Source: Porphyridium purpureum
Lineage: Eukaryota
Reading direction: 5' to 3'
DNA length: 64,000 bases
Assembly (NCBI GenBank): GCA_008690995.1
Contig: VRMN01000013.1
Coordinates: forward strand, 124,001 to 188,000
Positions within the stretch are counted from its first letter, which is position 1. Every line of letters begins with the position of its first letter. The position numbers and the translations under genes are program-made. Positions 20,711 through 29,748 of the stretch are shown piece by piece. Under the pieces are notes generated by a model that did no database searches, was not told where the DNA came from, and saw only the letters and a list, made by a program, of their open reading frames with translations.

Positions 20711-21464
20711 TCATAAATGGGTCGAGCAAGGTGCATTGTCCTCATTTTGCTTTTGATTCTGCATCTTCTAGTCGCGAATTGGGTCGTCGTCGAGCAACGT
20801 AAGGTGTGGCATGGTTCGGCGTGCTAGCGCGGGCTGTAACTGTGCAGGGGCCATCTGTACGGTAAGCCGTATGACAGAACAGGCGTTTATTAGCAGAAAT
20901 GGGGCATAAGTTTACTTCATTCTTTCCACAACTACGCAGCGGCACGTCGTCAGCCGCAGCGTAGCTTAGAGTATGCGTTTTTGTATGCCACTCGACATCG
21001 CCAATGGAAGGAGTGTACATACCCGTGCTGCGAGGTGGTGCGTGAGCTCTTCTGGTCGCGGAGCGCGTGCCCGTTGGTCGGGCGACACGGACGCCGGCTG
21101 CGGCTAGCGCGCGTGCGCCACACGCCGCCCGCCAAGCTAGTCTGGGTGCTGATGTGCGTATGAACGGGCCGGTGGGCGCTTACGCCTTTGTGCGTGTACG
21201 CATGCACCTGTGTAGGCTGAATCAGGCCGCGGCGGGCACACGGAGACCGCGGTGGGCATGGGGTGCTACCTGACTCGAAGAGCTATCGGACGAAGGGCTA
21301 GCGCGAGAAAGAGCACTTGATATAGTCAAACGCCTTAGACAGAGCAGGGCGGCTCCAAAGCTCACTTACGCTGCTTGCCTAGCAGCCTCGCGCGCACGCT
21401 TGCGTTTTTGCCACTCAAACTTGATTTCTTTAAACAATATGCTTATTCTATTCTACATCTATTT

Positions 21465-21890
21465 TCAGTCGTTTTCCACAGTCACCTGCGTGAAGCGCAT
21501 CGCCCGGCGCCTCGGGTCTGTCTCAGGAAAGTCAAGCCCGGAGTACACTCTTCCACCGTCGCAGTCGAGCAGCTCAGCTACCGCCGCGAACATGAATAGG
21601 TCCGCGTCGAGGCCCGCATCAACCCACTCATTCATCTCCTCAACTTCATCTACCTCAAAGTCGAGCTCGCGCGCGACCAGATCGTACCGCGGCGACGGAG
21701 ACACGTTCGAGCATGTCTCCGCCTCCATCTCCTCGAGCTCGCGCTCCATCGCATACTCGGCACATAGCCGTTCTGCCAGGTTGCGAGTATAGCGCCGGCG
21801 CGTGCGTCGCTCAGCACGCGCGCCACTCCATCCCGCCGTGGCGGTTTGCAACGCAAGCACTGCCTGAACCATGTTCTTGACAAACGCCAT
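21465..21890 (-). CDS. Small acidic hypothetical protein (141 aa)
   Basis: ATG in caaagATG context after a CAG/CAA-rich leader; TATAAAA about 170 bp upstream; AT-rich 3' flank; no recognised domain. Confidence 0.65.
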   Translation of the reverse strand: MAFVKNMVQAVLALQTATAGWSGARAERRTRRRYTRNLAERLCAEYAMERELEEMEAETCSNVSPSPRYDLVARELDFEVDEVEEMNEWVDAGLDADLFMFAAVAELLDCDGGRVYSGLDFPETDPRRRAMRFTQVTVEND

Positions 21891-21918
21891 CTTTGTGTTG
21901 ACTCCTTTCTGGTAGCTC

Positions 21919-21999
21919 TTGCTGCTGCTGCTGTTGCTGTTGCTGTTGCTGTTTCTCTTGCTGTTTCTCTTGCTGCTGCTCTTGCTGCTGCTCTTCTTC
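21919..21999 (-). repeat. CAG/CAA-rich low-complexity leader
   Basis: (ctg/ttg)n with gtttctcttgct repeats on the + strand. Confidence 0.8.
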
Positions 22000-22055
22000 T
22001 TGCCTTCGCCCTCCTCGCCTCGCCCCGTCCTCGTCTCGCAGTGCACGCCGTGCCA

Positions 22056-22062
22056 TTTTATA
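22056..22062 (-). promoter_or_regulatory. Putative TATA box
   Basis: TATAAAA on minus strand upstream of the 21890 ORF. Confidence 0.55.
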
Positions 22063-22683
22063 CCTTTCAAACGCAGCAGCACGCGCGCGGTGCACCGCGG
22101 GGTACAGTGCTTACCTATCAAAACAAGCAACTTAACTAGCAATCCGCGCGCACCCAACGGGTACCATCGACTCCGTGCGAAGCACAGCTGGGACTGCGCG
22201 GCCTGCGCGCAATGTCGACGTCACCGGCCGCTGGCGTGCGCCTCAAAAAGGACACGAGCACACCAGGACAAGCACGCACAGCAAAGCCGCGCAATCTGAC
22301 CCGTTTGAGGCGTTCCAGGACACCCGCCGCACGCCTGCCGCGACCCCACAGGCCACGCGCTTTGAATTCGGCCGCCTCTGCACGCAAAGCCCATCCCGTC
22401 TATTTTCGTATACTTTATGGCCACATTTTGCCCACATTCTGCACAAATTCGGCCCGGCGCAGGCATCCCGTCGGCCGGCTTCCCTGCTTTTCCACAGTGC
22501 ACGTAACCTCGACGCCTCAATTTTGCACACAAATTCGCACGCCTCGCACACCCACCGCCACGCCAGCCGTCTGACGCAGCGCGTCTTCGATTCTTCCTCG
22601 TTTCTTCGTCTTTGGGACCCCCAGCCACGCCACGCCACTGTCAAAAATACCCTCACTGCTTTGCCGTCACGTTCTCCGACGGC

Positions 22684-22690
22684 TATAAAA
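22684..22690 (+). promoter_or_regulatory. Putative TATA box
   Basis: ggcTATAAAAg about 200 bp upstream of ATG 22886, followed by a CAA-rich leader. Confidence 0.6.
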
Positions 22691-22885
22691 GCAGGACTCC
22701 CTGGCGACGCGGCTGTGGAACTTTCGGCACACACGGAAAGAGCAAGCAAGTGTCCGGCGAAAGAGCAGATAGAAGAGTAGTTATTCGCAACAAAAGCAGC
22801 AGCAACAACAATCGCAACAAGCAACAACAACGCGTCAAGAGAGATCTCAAAGTGCACCGCAAAGAACCAAAAACAGCAGGTTGAC

Positions 22886-23251
22886 ATGGCTCTCAATATT
22901 GCAGTGGCTGCAACAGTCTTCGAGGCTGGCGTCGAGGAGCGCCCGAACAGCCTTCTCGTCGGCCCCAGGTTTGCGGATGACTTCCGCGGGGAGCTGTCCC
23001 GCGCGGAGAGCAGCGACTCTGGTTCATCTAGTGACTGCCCCTCGCGCGTCGCCCGGCCAATACGGGCCGAGTCTGGGTCGCTGGAATCTTGGCCGTCAGA
23101 CTCCGACTCGGCTGATGCCTTCTACGTCAAGAGTCCAGAGTCAGCTGAACCCAAGCCGACGCGCACGAACAAGCTGCGCCGCAAATTTTCAGCGAAAGCA
23201 GCTCTCCGCGCGCTGCGAGCGCGAGTCCGTAAGACGATTGACGCACTATAG
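22886..23251 (+). CDS. Small Ser-rich hypothetical protein with basic C-terminus (121 aa)
   Basis: ATG after TATA and A/C-rich leader; AT-rich 3' flank; no recognised domain. Confidence 0.65.
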   Translation: MALNIAVAATVFEAGVEERPNSLLVGPRFADDFRGELSRAESSDSGSSSDCPSRVARPIRAESGSLESWPSDSDSADAFYVKSPESAEPKPTRTNKLRRKFSAKAALRALRARVRKTIDAL

Positions 23252-24858
23252 ATAGCAGCAGGAACAACGCACTCCATTCAAGTTTCTCCCATAATATATA
23301 TAAAGATAATGAATAGACTCGGCTGGATTCTTGCGCTTGCTCTCGCCTTGCTGTATAGACACACTTCCAGGCCACCCTCGCCTGCAATGATTTCATCATT
23401 TCATCATTTCAGCATCCACACTGGAAACCCCGCATATTTCATGTAGCCGAGGCTTGGTTCGGTCCTGCTTAGTCAACGCCCGTCTTGATGCTCGGCGAAC
23501 CTATTTTGAATGGATCCCTGGACATTGTGAACGGCAATCAAGCTCATGCGCCACGCGTTGATGCGTGCCAATCTACCCTTTAGGGTTGCATGCGGGCGTC
23601 CAGACCCGGAGTACAAGGTCATCATCGCGCACGCGCTGCCATCCGAAAAGCGTTGCTACCCACACCTGAGCAAGCGTTTTGCTGTCCTCACGCAGAGAGA
23701 GTCCATTAACCCCCGCTCGCCGCAGAAGGCGTTGCCCGGGAGGCTTGGGCAGGCATTCGCCCACTTTAGCGCAAAGCCGCGCACACGAGCGCTACGAAGC
23801 AGCTTGGGCCGCTCGTTAGATCTCGATTAGGAGCACCGCCCGAAGCGTCAATCAGGACGCGGTCGCAAGTGTCGCCCGCGTTTCGTGTGTCGTACAGAAC
23901 ACACGCCTGCGACGACAGCGACACCAGATCTGCCTGATATGCAAAAGTGCCAACATCACACACCATTTGCGCGCACGGCCTGACACTATTCTCCACCGCA
24001 ATCATGCAGCTCAGAACACTTTGTCACAAGCGATGCGTCGGCGCTTCACATCCTGACGGGCTCTGTCCGCGGCAAGACGCTTGGGTTACACCCGTGGAGC
24101 CTTCGCAAGCAAAGAAAAAGGAATCACGTGGTCTTGTGCGTGGTGGCACAGGGGCGAAAACAGCAGCACGCATTGGCGCACTCTCAGTACACCATCCGGA
24201 CAGTTGATACCAGGACAGGACCCAATCAGGCGCCGCATGGTCGCTGGTCGCTCTTCTGCAAAGTTCGAGCACCGCTGCTTGATCGCACCGCGCTGCCGAC
24301 TAGGACCTGGTTTTTTCGACGTGGCCGTTACCTTGCTGGCGTACTGGAACGAGTACCGTGAAATCCAGTACCAGCACCAGCATTGACACCAGCGCCGAGA
24401 ACCCGACCGACCAAAAGACTTGAGCAACACCATGCACGATTCCCTTGGGTTTCCTGCTGTACCCGGGGTTGTAAGCACAGAATCACCTACCGACACCTGG
24501 CAACCAGCTGGCTCTGCGGCTGCCGTATGTCTCATACAACACCTTGGTCAGAGGCGCGTGGTAGCCGTGAAAACGGCAGAGCTGCTGCAGCGCCTGCGGC
24601 ACGACCGCATGTTCTTTGGCGCCAATCGCCTGTATACGGAACCCGATCGTGCGTTTCAGCTAGGCGTGGACATCATGCGCTCCGCCGCTCTCGCCGGGCT
24701 ACCCACGCTGCTGCTGCTGCGGCAGCCGCTTCTCGCAGAATCCATTCTTCCCACACTCCGAGCTCTTGCTGTGCGGATTTCTTTGTAATCTGGTTCAACC
24801 TCTGAAGTTTGGCGGCGTTGGAGCGCGAGAGTCCTCGTTTCGTTGGAAAGGCAAAGGC

Positions 24859-25644
24859 ATGGAGTGTGCAGCATTTCAGTCCGGGTGGTTTGTGTCGCAC
24901 ATACCGGTGCACGCCGGCGCTTTCGATGCGGCGCGTCCAGGCGTGAGGCTGGGAGCCCGCGCCGTGCCGCGTGCTGCGCGGTCACGCCACCTGTTGCCGC
25001 TTTCGATGACGACATCTGTTGACGCAGGCCGCGAAGGCGCGGCGTTTGCGTCGTTCTTCGAGATCATGCAGGGTGTGTATAACTCGGAGCGCACATACCA
25101 CTACTTGGATACCGGCCGGCGCGAGAAATCCGCCACGACGTTTGCGGTGCGCTGGCTGGACTCTGCGGAGAAGAAGGAGCTTTTGAGTGCGCTTGAGAAT
25201 CGCGGCGACGACCAGAAGGTGGCAACAAGCGAGCGATGGCCTGCGCAGGGTATGGAAATCAGCTTTTACACGAAAATGGAATCATACGATGAGCTGGTGA
25301 TCAGCGCGACGCAAGCGCTGTTTGTGCCCACAGCCTTTGACGCGTCACGTGGTGTATTGAGCGGAATCTACACGCGCTCGGAAGGTTATGAAGAAGGCGG
25401 GCTGACGATCTCTGACTTTGCGTTCGACGTGGTGCGCAATGAGCTCCTCATGACCACGGAGTACGCCAAGGTGGTCTCGGTGGATCAGATCACGCTCGTG
25501 AACCCGTTGTTGCGTCTGCGTCGGATCCTGAATTATGCAAAGGACGCCGACACCGGCCACCGCACAGATACGGTCCTTCTCGCGGGCTTTGGCGTAGAAA
25601 GCAAATCCACCGACGGCACGCAACTCGTGCCAATGACCAAATGA
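24859..25644 (+). CDS. cpeS: S/U-type phycobiliprotein lyase (CpeS-like), plastid-targeted
   Basis: Transit-like N-terminus; FFEIMQGVYNSERTYHYL, YTRSEGYEE, LLMTTEY, VDQITLVNPLLRLRRILNY, LAGFGVE. Confidence 0.85.
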   Translation: MECAAFQSGWFVSHIPVHAGAFDAARPGVRLGARAVPRAARSRHLLPLSMTTSVDAGREGAAFASFFEIMQGVYNSERTYHYLDTGRREKSATTFAVRWLDSAEKKELLSALENRGDDQKVATSERWPAQGMEISFYTKMESYDELVISATQALFVPTAFDASRGVLSGIYTRSEGYEEGGLTISDFAFDVVRNELLMTTEYAKVVSVDQITLVNPLLRLRRILNYAKDADTGHRTDTVLLAGFGVESKSTDGTQLVPMTK

Positions 25645-26041
25645 CCGACTCGGGCCGCACGTGCGCGCGTGCGCCACTGGATGGAGATCCAGAACTTGAG
25701 CGTCGTGCGCGCCAAACCATCACCGCGCAGTAGTTGAAGAAGACAGGCGAGCAACGCCGGGTAACTGCAAAATGAAAAAGGGAGGACGCCAAATGTAGAT
25801 GACCGCCAACTCGTGACCAGGTCCCACGCGGACCACCACATTGTCTGGATTTGCATCACCTTGAACGCCACCATTTTCATGCATTTCTTCTGGAAGACGG
25901 AAACCGGGGTTAACAACCACACGCACCGCTGCTGCGGATTCATTCAGATACTCGCTCTCTGTGCACCGTGCAACGCCACGCAGCCACCGGTCCCTCGCAC
26001 ACCACACTGCCGGCTACCCACACGCATGCTCCAATCACCCA

Positions 26042-26137
26042 ACAAGCCGACAAGCCGACAAGCCGACAAGCCGACAAGCCGACAAGCCGACAAGCCGACA
26101 AGCCGACAAGCCGCCAAGCCGCCAAGCCGCTAAGTCG
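26042..26137. repeat. 8-bp tandem array (ACAAGCCG)9(CCAAGCCG)2 CTAAGTCG
   Basis: 12 head-to-tail units read directly, about 220 bp upstream of ATG 26354. Confidence 0.95.
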
Positions 26138-26353
26138 ATGTGAATGATTTGTTTCTACGCGTGCGAGCTTTGCGTGCTTGCCTTTTGAATCGTTTCTACG
26201 TGGTGTCTGCCCTTTTGATCCTGTTGTTTGCTGTGGAGCAGTGGGATGGGGCGGGGAGAGGAGAGAGAGCGGAGAGAGATAGGAGATATCACGGGGAGGG
26301 AAGACGGGAGGACGAAGGACCGGGTAGGACGTGGGGAGAGGCACGGCGCGACA

Positions 26354-27733
26354 ATGGGGAAAGGTGGGTATGGGACGGTGCGGCGTACAGATACGCTGTA
26401 CCGCGAGGACAATGAGGCGGCGGCGGCGCGCACGCTCGCGTATCGCCGCCTGGAGATGGAGCGGCACTCCATGCTGCCGTCCGGCGACGTGCACATGGAC
26501 GCCGACGCGGCGCGACAGCAAGGCTCGGGCGGAGAGGCGCCCCAGCAGGAGCAGGTAGAGGCGCCGAATGCGCGTAATGAGGACGACGGGTACACCTCGC
26601 CGAGCTCCGTGTCAAATGAACCCGCTGACGTCGAGCTGAACGGTGCGCCGCAGGACGAGCAAAAGAAGATTCGGTTCGAGGAAGAGCCCGCTGTACCCGC
26701 GACCTCCACGCCCGCCGACGAGGACACCGGCCCGGTCTTCATTCCCGCGTCGGGCCCCGCTTCTGGCTCGGGATCACGTTTGGGTGCGGGCAAAGGCGAC
26801 CACGGAAAAACTGCGAAAGTCGGGAATGTTCCGCTGTCCGCATCACCGCAAACGATGGGCGATCGGACAACGTCAAGCAAGGACGACTCTGTGTTTGCCC
26901 ATTTGCATGCCGCAGGGTCCTTTGTCAAATCCAAGACGTTTCGCCGGCAAAACACTGACGAGGCGGCGGCATCGCAGGCCGCCCTGTCAAGGAGCCAGGC
27001 ATCTGCGTCTTTGGATAATAAGGTTACGGCGGCAAATATCACTGTGGATATCGAATCGTTCTCGTTCTTCTCGAAAGGGTATTGGGAGCGCGTGAACCAC
27101 GGCTTCAAGTACATCAATGACCCGGAAAGCATTCCGTTGCGCAACCTGCGTGATATGCACAATTCCATGATGGCGATTCAGGAAATTTACGTTGTCGCCG
27201 GGGCGCTGGCCTGCGGCTTTGCGCTCACGCTTATGGAGGTCGTGGACTTGTCCGAAGCGGACCTCGGACTGTATCTTACATTTGTCGTGTTTGCCACCTT
27301 TGCATTCCTTTCGGGCATTTGTGCCGTGATGATTGCCGTGTTTAACTTCATGGGCTTTGCAGTCACGCCGTCGTCGCATACAGAGCTGCTCAGCGTTTCA
27401 CTGGGTCAGTTTCTGGCACTTCCAGGCACGATGCTTTTTGTGTCTCTACTAACACTTGCCTGTTCAGTTGCCACCTCGGCGTTTGTCGTGGCATTCAAGT
27501 CGGTGCGAATTACCGTTACGATCCTTTGCTCTGTATCGTTTCTGGGTATCATTCTGTCCTCGACATATCTCACAGGCCAGATTGTGGCCATTCGAGACTA
27601 TTGCATTGCGAACCCGAACCCTCTGGACATGGGCGGTGGCTCGCGAGCGCAAGCGAGCAGAATAGGCTCGCAGGCAATCAGGCAGAGAAACTCATCCTTC
27701 CAGTCCAGGAACGATCGCGACTTCGGCATTTGA
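26354..27733 (+). CDS. Four-TM membrane protein (Orai/PGG-like) with long disordered N-terminus
   Basis: Four hydrophobic helices in the C-terminal third; TM1 VVAGALACGFALTLMEV, TM3 PGTMLFVSLL. Family assignment uncertain. Confidence 0.7.
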   Translation: MGKGGYGTVRRTDTLYREDNEAAAARTLAYRRLEMERHSMLPSGDVHMDADAARQQGSGGEAPQQEQVEAPNARNEDDGYTSPSSVSNEPADVELNGAPQDEQKKIRFEEEPAVPATSTPADEDTGPVFIPASGPASGSGSRLGAGKGDHGKTAKVGNVPLSASPQTMGDRTTSSKDDSVFAHLHAAGSFVKSKTFRRQNTDEAAASQAALSRSQASASLDNKVTAANITVDIESFSFFSKGYWERVNHGFKYINDPESIPLRNLRDMHNSMMAIQEIYVVAGALACGFALTLMEVVDLSEADLGLYLTFVVFATFAFLSGICAVMIAVFNFMGFAVTPSSHTELLSVSLGQFLALPGTMLFVSLLTLACSVATSAFVVAFKSVRITVTILCSVSFLGIILSSTYLTGQIVAIRDYCIANPNPLDMGGGSRAQASRIGSQAIRQRNSSFQSRNDRDFGI

Positions 27734-27823
27734 GGTGGAAGGCTTCAATATGGCGTGCAAAACAGACGCTCAGTGATATTATTACAAAGCTCAAGCCTAC
27801 CCGTTAAATTAAAAGTCAAATCA

Positions 27824-29140
27824 TTACGTCTCGTCGAACTTTTCGGCAAAGATCCTCACGGCGGTTTCGTACGTCAGAAACATGATGGCTGTGTTGGGCA
27901 CGACGCGAGAGAGATGCACGAGCATTCCGGCATACAGGCCGCGCCGACCCTCCTCGCGGCCAATTTTGAGCAGAGACTGCAGCATGCCACGGTACTGCCG
28001 GTGGGCGCCGAGCTTGCGCTCCTCGCGCATGCGCGTGCGCACCACCTCGTGGGGGTAAGTTAGGCTGGACGCCAAAAGCTTCGCGAAGGCCGCGGAGAAA
28101 AAGTACTCGTACAGCTTGAGCGTGTCGCTGCTGGATAGATCGTCCCGCTCGCGCAGGTAGCCCTTGAGCTTCTCGTACACCACAAATTGTACCATGGCTT
28201 CCGACACACCCCAGTAACTGGCGGCGAGTCCCTTGAAGAAGCCGCGCACGCCTTCTTCCTTCAAAATCTGCTGCACGGCGTGGCCATAGCTGCTGTACCC
28301 ACCGGAAGCCTGGCCGGCCTGCAGCTGCATTCGCGTCTTGACGAGCCAGATGGGATTGGTCACTGTGTTGCTCGCAAAGCTGGCGCTCGCGCCAGCCAGC
28401 ACATGCACGAACGGACTGCCTTCCGAATCAGTTTGCTTTGACGAAGCGCCTTGACTGCTAGCATTCTCGTGTCTCGAGTCCGATTCGAACGAAAAATCGA
28501 CAAGAAAGGTTTTGGTCGTGGCGTACGCCCAAAAGTAGGTGCCGCGAGCCGGAATGATGCCGATCACGGTGGGGGCGAGTCCGCGGAAAAAGCCGCGCGC
28601 GCCGTCCTGTAGCATAATTTGGCGCGCGAGTGTGAACACTGAGCGACCGTGTTGTTGCTCGCCCGATGACTGTAGTTTTGTCTTGACCACCTCCAAGGGG
28701 CACGTTACGCACGACGCGACGGTCCCGCCCAGCGCGCCCGCCATGAGCGACGCGATCTGTTTCCGCAGCGGCATGACGGGCGACTTGACCACGATAGTAC
28801 TACTACTGCTACTGCTCATACTACTACTACTATTGCTGTTGCTGCTGGTGCTACTACCACTACTCGTGCTACCATGGCTAGCACCTGTCGTTATATGCGC
28901 TTCTTGCGTCGCCTTACCACCTCTGGCTGGACTCGCCGACGTGTCCGAATCCGCATATTCCACTGCCGCCGTAGGCGACACTGCAGATACTGTCCGATAT
29001 ACGCTACATCTCTGCAGGGGCTGACTCTCAATCAGCATCCGTCTGGCGTGCAGATACGCGTCACTACTGGCCCCCGCACCAAACCATCGATTCGCGCCAC
29101 TTTCACCGCGTATCCTACCCTCTGCGCGTCCTCCATTCAT
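27824..29140 (-). CDS. Mitochondrial carrier, RIM2/SLC25A33/36-like pyrimidine nucleotide transporter
   Basis: Three Px(D/E/W)xx(K/R)xx motifs: CPLEVVKTKLQ, TNPIWLVKTRMQ, YPHEVVRTRMRE; SRVVPNTAIMF. Start uncertain. Confidence 0.9.
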   Translation of the reverse strand: MNGGRAEGRIRGESGANRWFGAGASSDAYLHARRMLIESQPLQRCSVYRTVSAVSPTAAVEYADSDTSASPARGGKATQEAHITTGASHGSTSSGSSTSSNSNSSSSMSSSSSSTIVVKSPVMPLRKQIASLMAGALGGTVASCVTCPLEVVKTKLQSSGEQQHGRSVFTLARQIMLQDGARGFFRGLAPTVIGIIPARGTYFWAYATTKTFLVDFSFESDSRHENASSQGASSKQTDSEGSPFVHVLAGASASFASNTVTNPIWLVKTRMQLQAGQASGGYSSYGHAVQQILKEEGVRGFFKGLAASYWGVSEAMVQFVVYEKLKGYLRERDDLSSSDTLKLYEYFFSAAFAKLLASSLTYPHEVVRTRMREERKLGAHRQYRGMLQSLLKIGREEGRRGLYAGMLVHLSRVVPNTAIMFLTYETAVRIFAEKFDET

Positions 29141-29225
29141 CCCGCCCACCAGTAGCACTTCCCGCAGACACCACCGCGCCTCCTTCCCACGACGATCCAC
29201 GTCCTCAATCCTCGTTCCGCCCTTG

Positions 29226-29247
29226 TCTCTCTCTCTCTCTCTCTCTC
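29226..29247 (-). repeat. (GA)n microsatellite in 5' leader
   Basis: (TC)11 on + strand upstream of the minus-strand carrier gene. Confidence 0.9.
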
Positions 29248-29345
29248 CTTCTGCTCTCCCGTCCCGATCGGCCGCACCACGTCAACCACTCACGCCATCC
29301 GGTTTAACGGTTTAACGGCTTAAGCCGTCCAACATCACGAGCATG

Positions 29346-29414
29346 GTACAGTTCTGGCATTTGTGTACAGTGCAAACCCACTAACTGTACCATTCGCCTT
29401 GCGGATAAGTACAG
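29346..29414. promoter_or_regulatory. GTACAG cluster in divergent intergenic region
   Basis: GTACAG at 29346, 29365, 29409 and CTGTAC at 29385. Confidence 0.55.
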
Positions 29415-29748
29415 TGCGCGCTCCGGTTGAAATGTTTCTAATTAAACACACGTTTTCACATTGACAAAATCGCGGCGGTGCGTTGGAGCGAGACAAAGGG
29501 AAGCCATGCAGCTTCCCGCATCACGCGTATACCAAAACAATGTTGTTTTATTAGTCATGTGTCTGGCGCATTTCATTGTCATGCCGCATTGGACGGTGCG
29601 AAACGAAAAGTACAGTGCGAGGACACCGGTTATTCGGCTCATTCGGTTCAGCTGGGGAGCACGCTGCGCGTGTTGGAACAGGGAGGTTGGGTCCGTTGGA
29701 CCAGGAGAGGCACGCAGGGTGTTGCGTTCCGGAATAGATGCAGAAAGG

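Noticed and set aside
24384..24386. In-frame TGA as selenocysteine (also 50280)
   Set aside because: No redox-motif context and no recognisable SECIS.
25533..26007. Minus-strand ORFs beside the ACAAGCCG array
   Set aside because: No recognisable domain; one overlaps the cpeS 3' end; frames conflict.
26042..26137. CRISPR array or Q/K-rich coding repeat
   Set aside because: Head-to-tail 8-bp units with no unique spacers and no cas genes; the unit is not a multiple of 3; eukaryotic context.
29461..29748. Upstream in-frame extension of the DGAT1-like ORF (similar extensions at 14404-14703, 40210-40476, 46772-47002)
   Set aside because: They run through promoter-like or leader sequence, mostly from non-ATG starts, and encode no conserved sequence.
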